Source of the DNA: Candidatus Eiseniibacteriota bacterium
Lineage (GTDB): Bacteria > Eisenbacteria > RBG-16-71-46 > JABDJR01
Direction: 5' to 3'
NCBI GenBank assembly: GCA_963783375.1
Contig: CAWANH010000028.1
Location: 1,408,001 to 1,472,000, forward strand
Length of the DNA: 64,000 nt
Part shown: positions 44,357-54,481 of the stretch, in pieces
Numbering within the stretch: the stretch's first letter is position 1
Layout: each line of letters opens with the position of its first letter
Translations under genes and position numbers: made by a program
The notes under the pieces: generated by a model
Databases searched by the model: none
Told to the model about the DNA's origin: nothing
The model's input: only the letters and a program-made list of their open reading frames with translations

Positions 44357-45950
44357 GCTCCACCGGATCCGCGCGGCCCGGGCGCTTCTCATCGGAGGCG
44401 CGCTCCTGATCGCTCCGATCTGGGTATTGGGGGCGGCCGCCCAGGGCACCTCGGGGACCGGTGCGGACAGCGCCGAGGCCTCGGCGCCCAAGCACGAGGG
44501 CACCCTCAAGCGGATCCAGTTCCAGGTCGACACCGGCGACTCCTCGCCCACCCGCATCAACATCGACCTGAACCAGGGACGGGTCACCAAGGCCGCCGAC
44601 TACGTCCGGTTCGGCGAGAGCATCCACGTGAAGCCGGACGAGCACATCGCCGGCGACGTGGTCTCGATCGGCGGGAACGTCACCGTCGAGGGAGCGGTGA
44701 GCGGCGATTGCGTGGCGGTGGGGGGGCGGATCGAGATGACCCCCGGGGCCACCGTGGCCGGGAACGTGGTCTCGGTGGGGGGGAGCGTCACCCTCGACGA
44801 CTCCACCGAAGTGGGCGAGGACGCGGTGAGCGTGTGGGGGAGCCTCGACGTGGCCCCCACCGCCAAGGTCCACGGGGAGCAGGTGGAGGTGAGCGGCCTG
44901 GGGCTGAACTTCCCCTTCGCCGCCATGACGGGAGCGGGGCAGCACGGGTTCGGCCACGACGTCTGGCGGTTCCTCCGTCGGCTCATCTGGGTGCTGGTCC
45001 TGGTCGGGCTCGGCCTTCTGGCCTTCCAGATCTTTCCCGGCCGCATGCGCCGGCTCTCGGATACCGCGGGGGAGCGCGGTCTGGTCGCGTTCCTGGCCGG
45101 CTTCGCCGGGTGGATCCTCTGGCTTCCCGCTTTCCTGATTCTCTGCGTCACCATCATCGGGATCCCGGTGGCCATCCTGCTCCTATTCCTCACCCCGCTG
45201 GTCACCCTGCTTGGCTACATCGCGGTGGCCGAATCGGCGGGACGCCGGATCTCGCACCGCTTCGGAGGCGCGGTCCCGGGCTCGGCCAAGGCGGTCTTCC
45301 TGGGGGTGCTGGGGCTGGAGGGGGCGCTCCTGGTGGCCCGGCTCCTGGCGGTTTTCGGCTCCATCTTCAGCTTCATCGGCTGGATCCTGGCCATGGTCGG
45401 CTACTGCGTGATCTTCATCGCGTTGACCATGGGTTTCGGGGCGTTCCTGATGAGCCGCTTCCGCGCGCCGGCCACCGAACCGCTGAACGCGATCCCGCCG
45501 CCCGCGTCTCCGCCGCCGGAGGGGCCGGGCGCGCCGCTGGTTTCTCCCACGCCGCCGACCCCTCCCGTCGCGCCGGCTTCGCCGCCGCCGCCACCCGGGC
45601 CCTCGGCTCATTCCGCGCCGCCTTCCTCGCCGGGGGCGGGGACCCGTCCCCCGGACCCGCGCCCGGTGGACCCCCAGAAGGCCCAGGCCCTCCTGGAGGA
45701 ACTCCTCCAGCTGGACCGGGAGTTCGCCGCCCAGGAAGGGAAGTTCATGGTGGCGGCCCAGCCCGCGCGGCAGGCCATGGCCCATGCGCGGATCGCGTCG
45801 GAGGGCTTCAGCCGGAGCGGCAGCTTCCGAGCCGACGACATGGGCCTCTTGGAGTCGGCGAGGAACATGCTCCGCTCCGGGCAGTCGGTCATCATGCTGG
45901 CCGATCCCGAGGACCCGAGGTACTTCGTCCTCTGGAAGCGGATGTCGTGA
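44337..45950 (+). CDS. Membrane protein with bactofilin-like beta-helix, multi-TM region, Pro linker and extra C-terminal domain
   Basis: GDVVSIGGNVTVEGAVSGD repeats; TIIGIP TM block. Confidence 0.75.
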   Translation: MSPSLSRLHRIRAARALLIGGALLIAPIWVLGAAAQGTSGTGADSAEASAPKHEGTLKRIQFQVDTGDSSPTRINIDLNQGRVTKAADYVRFGESIHVKPDEHIAGDVVSIGGNVTVEGAVSGDCVAVGGRIEMTPGATVAGNVVSVGGSVTLDDSTEVGEDAVSVWGSLDVAPTAKVHGEQVEVSGLGLNFPFAAMTGAGQHGFGHDVWRFLRRLIWVLVLVGLGLLAFQIFPGRMRRLSDTAGERGLVAFLAGFAGWILWLPAFLILCVTIIGIPVAILLLFLTPLVTLLGYIAVAESAGRRISHRFGGAVPGSAKAVFLGVLGLEGALLVARLLAVFGSIFSFIGWILAMVGYCVIFIALTMGFGAFLMSRFRAPATEPLNAIPPPASPPPEGPGAPLVSPTPPTPPVAPASPPPPPGPSAHSAPPSSPGAGTRPPDPRPVDPQKAQALLEELLQLDREFAAQEGKFMVAAQPARQAMAHARIASEGFSRSGSFRADDMGLLESARNMLRSGQSVIMLADPEDPRYFVLWKRMS

Positions 45951-46870
45951 CCCGGCCGGGGACCGGAGGCCGCCCGACCGGGCCCCGTCTCCAGGCCACG
46001 GACGTCCGCGCGCGTTGTGTCATCGCGACGGCCATGGTCCTTCCCGCCGCCTCCGCGCGGGCGCTTGTGATTTCCGCGGCGGCCATGGTTCTCCTCGTTG
46101 CCGTCGCGCCCGCCGCCACCTGGCGGGTTCCCCGGGACGAACCGACCCTGGACCGGGCCATGCTCCGCGCCTACTCCGGAGACACCGTCCAGGTCGCGCC
46201 CGGGGTCTACCCGGGCCCGCTCACCGTGAAGGGTGGGGTGCGCCTGGAAGGGGTCATGGGCCCCGCTCTCACCGTGATCACCGCCGGGAAAGGCGAGACC
46301 GCGGTCACCGTCCTCCCCGGCGGGTCCGCCACCGCCCTGGTCGGCTTCACCGTCCGGGGCGGGTTGGTCGGGGTCGATCTCCAGAACGGCGTGGTCGCCC
46401 TCTGGAACGTGGATGTGGCGGAGAGCGACTCGATGGGAGTGCGCTGCGGGCCGGAGGGCCACCTCCGCCTCTTCGCCTCCACGGTTTCCCGCGCTCCGGT
46501 CGGGGTGGACCTCGAGCCCGGCGCCGACGGCCTGGTGATGAGGAACACCTTCGAGCGGTGCGGGGTCGGGGTGCGCGCGGCGGCGGACGGAGCGCGCGTC
46601 TTCCGGAACATCTTCGCCGGGAACGACGTGGGGGTGGAGGTCACGGGAAAGATCGCGGTCGTGGTGGGTGGGGCGTCGCGGGAAGCCAACGACTTCCTTC
46701 CCGGTAACCGCATCGCGGTGCGCGCCTCCCCCGAGGCCTCGGTGGAGGCGGGCAACAACTGGTGGGGGAGCGCGAACTGCGATTCCATCCGCGCCCGCAT
46801 CCAGGGTCCGGTGACCTTCCTCCCCTTCGTGGACGCCGACCACGGCCACCCGGTGGATTCCTGCCCCTAG
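45947..46870 (+). CDS. Right-handed parallel beta-helix secreted protein
   Basis: GDTVQVAPGVY, GFTVRGG, NNWWG. Confidence 0.75.
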   Translation: MTRPGTGGRPTGPRLQATDVRARCVIATAMVLPAASARALVISAAAMVLLVAVAPAATWRVPRDEPTLDRAMLRAYSGDTVQVAPGVYPGPLTVKGGVRLEGVMGPALTVITAGKGETAVTVLPGGSATALVGFTVRGGLVGVDLQNGVVALWNVDVAESDSMGVRCGPEGHLRLFASTVSRAPVGVDLEPGADGLVMRNTFERCGVGVRAAADGARVFRNIFAGNDVGVEVTGKIAVVVGGASREANDFLPGNRIAVRASPEASVEAGNNWWGSANCDSIRARIQGPVTFLPFVDADHGHPVDSCP

Positions 46871-47095
46871 ATTGAAGGCCGAAGCGGCTCCGGCACTTTA
46901 GCTCGAACCGCGTATCGACCCGGCGGTTTGGGAACCTTCCCCCAGCGAGATGGGCCCCCTCGCCCAATCGGCGGATTTCCGCCGCGTCCGCCGGGGGACC
47001 CAAGAGCTCCGCAATGCCCGGTCAACCCGTTTCCGGACAGGCCATTGGCGCGGTTTCAGCCGCCCCATATCCGCTTCCCCGAGGTGCAGTTTGCA

Positions 47096-47111
47096 TGGCA
47101 CGGCGCTTGCG
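47096..47111 (+). promoter_or_regulatory. Sigma-54 promoter
   Basis: TGGCACG-GCGC-TTGCG, near-perfect consensus. Confidence 0.7.
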
Positions 47112-47123
47112 GATTGGGGGGGC

Positions 47124-48167
47124 ATGAAGCTCCAGCGCGTCCCCACTTGTTACGCAGCGCCACGAGGCGACAGGCGTGTCCGGAGCCCGCTTCCGGGGCT
47201 CCTCTTCCTCCTCGCGGTATTGATCCCGTCGGCACCTGCTGCCGCCGCGGTCACCGTCCATGCCGCGAACGAGGTGCTCGCCGACTGGACGGTGCATCAT
47301 GGGGACGCGCTCTTCTTTCATGGTCCCCAGAGCGAGGAATGGGAGTTCGTCACCGACATCGCCGATCCGGTGATCGCGAACAAGGGAATGGGGGGGTTCT
47401 TCCCGCCCCACGCCGACGCGGTCCGGGAAGCGATCGAGGCGGTGAGCTACCCGCTCAACGCGATCGACCTCGAGGTATTCATCCTGCCCTATCCACGTCG
47501 CGACCTACTGCCCTCCAACGCCGGGGAGAGATGCATCTATCTCTCTCCCGGCGTGGCCCCCATATCCAGCCAGCAGCTCCATGCACTCGTGGCGCATGAG
47601 TTGGGGCACATCGTGCAGCACCAGCTCCTGCCCGACGGTGACCGCGGAGGGTGGGCCGACTACCGTGCCCTCCGCGGGATCACCGACGGTTCGATCTACA
47701 ACCAGAACGCCATCCATCGGGACCGCCCCCACGAGATTTTCGCCGAGGACTTCCGCTTCCTTTTCGGGGGCGCCCTGGCCAACTACTCGGGGAGCATCGA
47801 GAACCCCGGGCTGGCCCTGCCGAGCCGCGTGCCCGGCCTACGCGACTTCCTTCTGGGGATCCCCAACTCGATCGCTTCGGTGGGCGACCTTCCCGTCCGC
47901 CGGGAGCTTCACCTCTTCCCGAACCCCACCCGGGGCGCGGTCACCATCACCTTCGCCGAAGCCTCGCCGGAGGCGGGTGCGCCGCTCACTCTCCAGGTCT
48001 TCGACGTCCAGGGCCGGGAAGTGGCCCGGCGCGAGATCGTGGCCGGGGGGTTGGCGGGATGGGACGGCCGGAGCGACGCCGGAGCGGCCGCCCCGCCCGG
48101 GATCTACTTCGTGCGCGTGAGCCGGGACCGCGACGCCTGGACCGGAAAGATCCTGGTCGCGCCGTAG
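47124..48167 (+). CDS. Secreted zinc metallopeptidase-like protein with FlgD-Ig C-terminal domain
   Basis: AHELGH plus EIFAEDF; C-terminal FPNP...FDVQGR...WDGR...GIYFVR. Confidence 0.8.
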   Translation: MKLQRVPTCYAAPRGDRRVRSPLPGLLFLLAVLIPSAPAAAAVTVHAANEVLADWTVHHGDALFFHGPQSEEWEFVTDIADPVIANKGMGGFFPPHADAVREAIEAVSYPLNAIDLEVFILPYPRRDLLPSNAGERCIYLSPGVAPISSQQLHALVAHELGHIVQHQLLPDGDRGGWADYRALRGITDGSIYNQNAIHRDRPHEIFAEDFRFLFGGALANYSGSIENPGLALPSRVPGLRDFLLGIPNSIASVGDLPVRRELHLFPNPTRGAVTITFAEASPEAGAPLTLQVFDVQGREVARREIVAGGLAGWDGRSDAGAAAPPGIYFVRVSRDRDAWTGKILVAP

Positions 48168-48264
48168 GTTCCCCCTCCCGCTTGCCGGCCACGGGTCGGC
48201 TTTCGGTACGCCCTCCGCCGGTTGTTCGCGAGGTACCCCTTTCGTGAGGCGGCCCGCCGGTGGG

Positions 48265-48580
48265 GTCGCGCTAAATTCTTTATTGCGAACATTGCTTCCC
48301 CGGGGAAGCACGGCGACCACCACATCGCTTGTGGGATCAAGCCGGTGGACGCGGGGCTGGTCACCGGGCTGCTTTGTCGGTGACGTCGCATTAAAGAATT
48401 TTTCGCGAACATCTTGCACCCGGGTGCAAACCGGTTCACCCGGGTGAACTTCGGGTGCGCGGCCGCGGGATGGCCGGCTCGTCCGCGGGGTCGCACTAGA
48501 GTCTTTATTGTGAACATTGCCTCCCCGGGGACACATGCAATCACGTCCGCTGCTGCATTTCCCAGTTCACCCGGGTAAAC
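48265..48580. repeat. Three imperfect ~45-bp intergenic repeats ending in CCCGGG-centred palindromes
   Basis: GTCGC..TA.A...TTT.T.G.GAACAT+palindrome at 48265, 48385, 48490; extra GTTCACCCGGGT(G/A)AAC copies. Confidence 0.7.
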
Positions 48581-48757
48581 TCTCATGGTCCTGGTTGATT
48601 GAATTCGCGTTTCAGTCCATCCCTGTTGCGGCGCGGTCCCGCCGGGCCACCGTTCTCCGCCGCTGGAGGCCCCACCGATGTTCGGTTGCCGGCGCATCAT
48701 GCCGACCTGGCCGCCAAGCCCGACTTCACCGCCGCTTTGCCGAGGCCGGGAGGTTTG

Positions 48758-51124
48758 GTGAAACCGCCGACCCTCTTCCTGGCGGGGGTGCTGCCTCTCG
48801 TGGCTCTCCTCTGGGGATGCTCCGGCAAGTCCCCCGGCCCCGATGTCACCCCCCCTTCGATCCCGGGCGCGCTTCACGTGGCTGCCGCCAACGACACCAC
48901 CATCACCCTGGCCTGGACCGCGCCCGGGAACGACGGGGACCGCGGCCAGGCCGCCCGCTACGACCTCCGGATGCACCCGGACACCCCGGCCGCCCCCTGG
49001 GACTCCGCCCAGGCGGTGGAGGGCCTGCCCGCCCCGCAGCCGGCCGGCCAGGCCGAGTCGTTCACGGTGGGGGGCCTGGCCACCAACCACGTCTACGTCT
49101 TCGCCCTCCGGGCCTTCGACGGGGCGGAGAACGCCTCGCCTTTCAGTGATCCCGTCCAGGGGGAGACCGGGGACCCGGCTCCGCCAGGGGCGGTGACCGA
49201 CCTCCGGACCCTGGACCTCCAGCCCCACGCGGTCACCCTGGGGTTCACCGCCCCCGGGGACGACGGAGCCCAGGGGACCGCCGCCGCCTACGTGGTCCGG
49301 AGGTCTCCGGACCCCATCACCGAAGCCACCTGGCCCGGGGCGGACTCCCTGGCCCTGGCCATCCCGCCCCGGCCGGGGGGAGACACGGTGGAGGTCCGGA
49401 TCACCGGCCTCCAGCCGGGGACCACGGCCCACTACGCCGTCCGGGCCCGGGACGACGCGGGGAAGGAAGGCCCCGTCTCGAACGACCTGGAGGTGGATCT
49501 CCCCCCCGACACGGTACCCCCGGCGGGGATCACCGACCTCGCCGCCCGGCCGGCGGGCCCCTACAAGGTGGCCTTGACGTGGACGGCGCCGGGGAACGAC
49601 GGGAGCGAGGGCCGGGCCGCGAGCTACAAGGTGCGCTACGCGAACGCTCTGATCACCGAGGTGACGTGGGAGTCGGCATCCCGGGCCTCGGGGACTCCCC
49701 CGGAACCCGGGCCGGCGGGGGAGCGGGACAGCATGACGGTGCTGGTGCTCGAGGGGGGGACGCCGGTCTGGCTGGCGGTCCGGAGCCTGGATGAGGCGGG
49801 GAACCGGAGCGGGGTGTCGAACGGGGCGACGGTGGTCCCGGAGGGGGCGGCCCGGACGTGGGAGGTGAGGGTGGACGGGACAGGGAACGCTCCGACGATC
49901 CAGGCGGCGATCGACAGCGCCGCGGACGGGGACGAGGTGCTGGTGGACCCGGGGACGTACTACGAGAACCTTGTCATCGATGGAAAGCAGCTGACTCTCA
50001 GATCGTCGCAAGGTGCCGAGGTCACGGTGATCGACGGTAGTGGAGAGACTGAGTCTGTCATTCATTGCCTGAACGGGGCCGGGGCGGAGGTGATCATCGA
50101 GGGGTTCACGATAACCGGAGGGTCGGGGAGCAAGATCCGATCGTCGGACATCTACGGCTACGGAGGAGGGATTCTCTGTGTTCGCTACAGCCCGATCATC
50201 ATCCGCAACATCATATCTGAGAACAAGGCAACTGGCTCGGCAGGTGGTGGCGGAGGGATCTTGACGACCCACGATGGGAACGGAGTCGAGGTGCAGATTG
50301 AGGACAACATTATCCAGAATAATGAAGCAGGTGGAAATGGCGGGGGCATAATCATTGCGCACTTTCAGCCATGCAGCCTGACGGGCAACACGATCACGGG
50401 CAATCGAACGCTTCACGGAGACGGTGGTGGAGTCTATGTGAGCGTCCCCTACATAGATTTGAGCATTAGCCGAAATCTTATCGTAGACAATGACGCGTAC
50501 GACCATGGCGGAGGCATTCAAGTTAGCACAGAACAGCCTCGCCAGAGTCGGATCGACATTACCAATAATCTCATCGTCAACAACCATGCAAGAGGGTTGG
50601 ATGCGTACGTCCTTGTCCACGACTGCCGGGGTGGAGGAATCTGGCTAGAAGGCTCGGGTCACATTGCCGGGAACACCTTCGCCTTCAACTCGGCTGACAC
50701 CCCGTTCGTGTACCCCGACGCCGGATGCGTCTGCCTGCTGGACTCCACGCCTCTCATGACCCTGGTCGAGCGGAACATCATCTACAAGAACAACGGCGGA
50801 GGGGTATCGACCTACGCGTTCAACGGAGACCCCTACCAGGCAACCCTCCGGGACAACCTGATCTACGCCAATACCGATAACCCGATCTCGGTCACAAACT
50901 CGAACTACACCCTCGACCAGGAGGGAAACCTGTTCGTGGATCCCCTGTTCTGCGAGGATGATGTGGGGACGGACGGCTCCCTCGGCGCCACTTCTCCGGC
51001 GCTCAATCATTCTGGCGGAACCATCGGGGCGGTCCCAACCCCCGGGTGCAACGGAGCCACCCAGACGCAGAACACGTGGGCCCGAATCAAGTCGCAGTAT
51101 CTGTCTGCCCCCGAAGGTCAGTAG
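48758..51124 (+). CDS. Lipoprotein with three FN3 repeats and a right-handed beta-helix
   Basis: Lipobox LWGC; 3x L.(W/F)TAPG.DG..G.A..Y; TIQAAID...PGTYYE; GGGI repeats. Confidence 0.85.
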   Translation: MKPPTLFLAGVLPLVALLWGCSGKSPGPDVTPPSIPGALHVAAANDTTITLAWTAPGNDGDRGQAARYDLRMHPDTPAAPWDSAQAVEGLPAPQPAGQAESFTVGGLATNHVYVFALRAFDGAENASPFSDPVQGETGDPAPPGAVTDLRTLDLQPHAVTLGFTAPGDDGAQGTAAAYVVRRSPDPITEATWPGADSLALAIPPRPGGDTVEVRITGLQPGTTAHYAVRARDDAGKEGPVSNDLEVDLPPDTVPPAGITDLAARPAGPYKVALTWTAPGNDGSEGRAASYKVRYANALITEVTWESASRASGTPPEPGPAGERDSMTVLVLEGGTPVWLAVRSLDEAGNRSGVSNGATVVPEGAARTWEVRVDGTGNAPTIQAAIDSAADGDEVLVDPGTYYENLVIDGKQLTLRSSQGAEVTVIDGSGETESVIHCLNGAGAEVIIEGFTITGGSGSKIRSSDIYGYGGGILCVRYSPIIIRNIISENKATGSAGGGGGILTTHDGNGVEVQIEDNIIQNNEAGGNGGGIIIAHFQPCSLTGNTITGNRTLHGDGGGVYVSVPYIDLSISRNLIVDNDAYDHGGGIQVSTEQPRQSRIDITNNLIVNNHARGLDAYVLVHDCRGGGIWLEGSGHIAGNTFAFNSADTPFVYPDAGCVCLLDSTPLMTLVERNIIYKNNGGGVSTYAFNGDPYQATLRDNLIYANTDNPISVTNSNYTLDQEGNLFVDPLFCEDDVGTDGSLGATSPALNHSGGTIGAVPTPGCNGATQTQNTWARIKSQYLSAPEGQ

Positions 51125-51133
51125 TGCCCAGCG

Positions 51134-51460
51134 TCAGGCTGCCTTCGCAGGAGTTGCAATGACGCGGGCGACTTCCTTCCGCGTTGCGCCCAGGATGAGC
51201 AGGGCTCTCACGAGCAGATCCAGAGAGACCGTGGGGTCGGCTGCCTCCATCTTGGCCACCCGCGACTGACTCGACTCCAGCATCTTAGCCAGGGCGGTTT
51301 GAGTGAGTCCCATTCTCATCCTTCGGTTCTGCAGACCCCGGGAGAGGGCCAGCCTCATCTCGACCAGAGCGGCTTCCTCGGCAGTGAGTTCGAGGAAGTC
51401 CTCGGCGGAACCGATGGTCCAGCCGGCCTTCTCGAGGAGCGCTTTCTTCGATTTCTTCAT
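51134..51460 (-). CDS. XRE/HigA-like antitoxin
   Basis: GWTIGSAEDFL, LTQTALAKML.SSQSRVAKMEA. Confidence 0.88.
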   Translation of the reverse strand: MKKSKKALLEKAGWTIGSAEDFLELTAEEAALVEMRLALSRGLQNRRMRMGLTQTALAKMLESSQSRVAKMEAADPTVSLDLLVRALLILGATRKEVARVIATPAKAA

Positions 51461-51558
51461 TTCACAGGCTCGTCGTACAGGCGCAACCGCCGTTTGCAGT
51501 TCTCGATGACGGCCACCGGTGTCGTCTCGGTCTTCTTGGAAAATACCTCCAGGATCAG
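51457..51558 (-). pseudogene. C-terminal remnant of a RelE/HigB-like toxin
   Basis: ILEVFSKKTETTPVAVIENCKRRLRLYD; ATGA overlap with the antitoxin; N-terminal part absent. Confidence 0.8.
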
Positions 51559-51585
51559 ATATGTCAAATATGACATATTTGTCAA
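51559..51585 (-). promoter_or_regulatory. TA operator palindrome and -35 box
   Basis: ATATGTCA-AATA-TGACATAT with TTGACA on the minus strand. Confidence 0.7.
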
Positions 51586-51695
51586 GCCTTCAAACCGCTC
51601 GAACCCACCTACCCCGGGAGTGGAGGCGTGGACCGGGAGGAAACCCCGCAAGGGAGAGCCCGCGTGGGAAGGAGACCGCGGGGAACCTGTCCGCG

Positions 51696-52592
51696 CTAAC
51701 GGCCCGGGTTCGGCACGAACGCCCTCGACCGGCCGGTCGCGCTCCGGTCCCCGAGCCCGCTCAGGTCGACGGCCATGTTGGCCAGGGACTTGGGGATTCC
51801 CAGGAGGCCGCCGCCGCCCCGGCCCTGGGTGACGTCGCCGTTCAACCAGGCGCTCACCTCCTCCAGGTCGGCCAGATCCAGCGGTTTCATCACCGCCCGC
51901 ACGGTGAGGTAGTAGCTCTTCCCCCGGTCGAAGCGGTCGGGGGTCCCGAGCGGCACCTCGTGGATGCGCTCCAGGAAGGCCCGAAGCGCATCGGGATCGC
52001 CGAGGGTCACCGTGCTCCGGTCCGGGCCGATCATCTCGTAGGTTCCGCGCCAGACGTCGCGGCGGAACCGGTAGACGTAGGGTTGGCTGTGGATGAGGGA
52101 GTCCCACCAGCCGCTCCGCTCGCGCCAGAGATCGATGACCAGGGTGAGGGTGGCCGGGATGCCCTCGCCCAGGGTTTCGTTCCCCTCCTCGAGCACCCCG
52201 GAGAGACGGAACGTCGCCACCAGGGTGTCCCCCGGCGCGTAGCGGACCCGCGGCGCCGGAATAACCGCGCCCGAGTTCGCTTCGTCGGGGGAGCCGGCCA
52301 CCGAAGACGCCGGCGGGAGACTGTCCCCGGGAGCGGCCACCGTCACGCCGAACGCGGCCGCGGCCGACCCGGGAAGGGCGGCGACCAGCCCCAGGCCAAA
52401 GAAACACAGCACAACCAGGCACGGCACCGTTGGGGACAGCGCAACCAGGCGCCCCGCAGACCGACGGCGCCCCGCAGACCGACACCGCGCCGCCGCCGAC
52501 GTGGCAACCCGCCTCCATGCCTCCGGGCCAAGCCCCGCCGGCCGCAACACAAACCTGCGCCCCGTGACCGGGCCCCGCGCGCGCGGGCGCAC
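51696..52592 (-). CDS. DUF4390-like protein
   Basis: GIPATL...LWRERSGWWD...YYLTVRA; lies in an NtrY/NtrX-type operon; start uncertain. Confidence 0.7.
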   Translation of the reverse strand: MRPRARGPVTGRRFVLRPAGLGPEAWRRVATSAAARCRSAGRRRSAGRLVALSPTVPCLVVLCFFGLGLVAALPGSAAAAFGVTVAAPGDSLPPASSVAGSPDEANSGAVIPAPRVRYAPGDTLVATFRLSGVLEEGNETLGEGIPATLTLVIDLWRERSGWWDSLIHSQPYVYRFRRDVWRGTYEMIGPDRSTVTLGDPDALRAFLERIHEVPLGTPDRFDRGKSYYLTVRAVMKPLDLADLEEVSAWLNGDVTQGRGGGGLLGIPKSLANMAVDLSGLGDRSATGRSRAFVPNPGR

Positions 52593-52646
52593 CCCGGCCC
52601 GAACCCCGGCGCCCGCATCCGCTCATGTCCGGCCCCATGCGCTTCC

Positions 52647-54264
52647 CTAGAACGATTCCTGGAAGCGGAGGAACGCCTTCACCTCGGCGTCGGATCGGTT
52701 CACGCTCCGCCCCACCAGGAAGGAGATGCCGTCTTCGCCCAGGCGGAAACCGGTCCCCAGATCCACCGGAATGAACTGATCGGTGAGCGAGCCCTTGTCC
52801 CAGGCGGTGCCCGCGTCCAGGAAGACCAGAGCCGAGCTGGTTCCGCCCACGTGGAAGGCGTACTCGAGGTTGGCCAGCGCCATCCGATCCCCGGTCAGGC
52901 TCCGGTAGTCGTGGCCGCGGAGCGTCCCCAGGCCGCCGAGCACGTAGCGCCGCTGCAGGGGCAGCATCCCGCCCCCGGATTCCCCGGTCCCGGCCAGGAA
53001 CCGCGTCGAGATCGACTGCCGTCCGCTCAGCCGGAAATAGGTGCGGAGATCCGCGGCCACCCGCCAGAGGTCGAAGTCCCCGCCCAGGCCGGCGCCCGCC
53101 CGCTCCCAGCCCACCCGGTAGTAGTGCTCCACCCCGCCCCAGGCCGAGCGGGAGAGGGGATCGGCGCCGGGGAGATCGCGTTCGCGCGGGCGGCTGTCGT
53201 AGGCCGCGGTGACGTCGTAGGCGTGATAGTCCCCCTCGGCGATCGCCGGGTTCTCGCCGAAGTTCTCGGTCTGGCGGAAGAGCGACCAGTCCGCCTCGTT
53301 CCGGAGCGTCTTCTCGGTTCGCGAGGTCACCCCCACCGAGAAGCTGAGGAAGGGAGAGGGGTAGACCCCCACGAACGCCCGGCCCCCCTCCGCCTCGTAC
53401 CAGTCGCGATAGTCGCGGTGGAGGAAGAAGGCGCTGGCCGAGTTCTCGCCGTTACCGATCACCTCGTCGCCGTAGAAGGTCGGAAGCACCGACCGGTAGG
53501 CGTCGATACCCACCGTGGCCTTGTGCCGGGGGGCCACCGGCTGCTCGAACCCCAGGCCGTAGTCCCCGCGCCGGGAGGCGAAGCCGTAGCCCAGCTCCGC
53601 GTGCCAGGCGGGAACGTACTCCCTTCGGGGAAGCGGCCGCTCGACCGCGGCGTAGACCGCGAACCCCTGGATGCGGTTGTAGCGCCCCCAGCTCCGGAAG
53701 ATCGCATGGTCCCGGTCGCCCCAGGCCAGGCGATCGGACTCGAAGACGATGCGGGGCTGGGGCGCCGGCTCGCCCGGCGGTTCGGGACGGGTGTCCCCGT
53801 CGAGGAAGGTGAGGCGCACCCGCGCGGGAGGCGCGGCAGCCGAGTCCGCGAGGGACCGGGGCGGTCGAATCGCCCGGCGCGGCGGCGACGGCGGCTTCCG
53901 CCGAATCGCCCGGCGCGGCGGCGACGGCGGCTTCCGCCGAATCGCCCCTCGCACCGGCGACGGCGGCTTCCGCCGAATCGCCCCTCGCACCGACGACGGC
54001 GGCTTCCGCCGGTTCCCCGCCGGCCACCTCCGCCGTCACGGCGGCGGCCAAGTATTCGGGCGGAGTGACCGCGGCGTCCGCCCCCGCGGCCGCGGCCCTC
54101 CCGGGATCCGGTGCGCGCCCCGCCGAGGCCTCGGCGGGCGAGCCCAGGGCCCCGGAGACCCAGAAGAGGACCATGGCGGCGAGGAGGAACACCCCCGCCA
54201 GGATGCCCAGCCCGGAATCACCGGAAACCGGGCGCTGGTGTCTCGTGACCGGCGCTTTGTTCAT
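52647..54264 (-). CDS. BamA/TamA-like outer membrane barrel protein (frameshift near 53850)
   Basis: RYNRIQG, LGGLGTLRGHDY, FLDAG, terminal RFQESF; signal and repeat region in another frame. Confidence 0.75.
53867..54010 (-). repeat. 4 x 36-bp tandem repeat encoding GDSAEAAVAxAx
   Basis: GAATCGCCC...GACGGCGGCTTCCGCC units at 53867, 53903, 53939, 53975. Confidence 0.9.
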
Positions 54265-54481
54265 GACGCATGGACCCCCAGGAAATGTGCGGCGCGTGCC
54301 GCGGCCCCCAGGTCCCAAGAGCAAGCCTCGTTCCACCCGTCGGTCCCCCTTCGTCATCCAAAACCGGCTTTCCGCCAAGGGGTTGGGATCGCGCCTCCCG
54401 GTCCCCCCGCCGCCCCCCTGTGGCCCGCGCGCCACGCCTGTGGCGGCGGCGCCACGGTTCGCGCCACCGGTCGCCCCGGGG

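Noticed and set aside
48265-48580. CRISPR array
   Set aside because: Only three degenerate units with long uneven spacers, and no cas genes
53867-54010. 36-bp tandem repeat as a novel element
   Set aside because: Ordinary coding minisatellite for an Ala-rich linker
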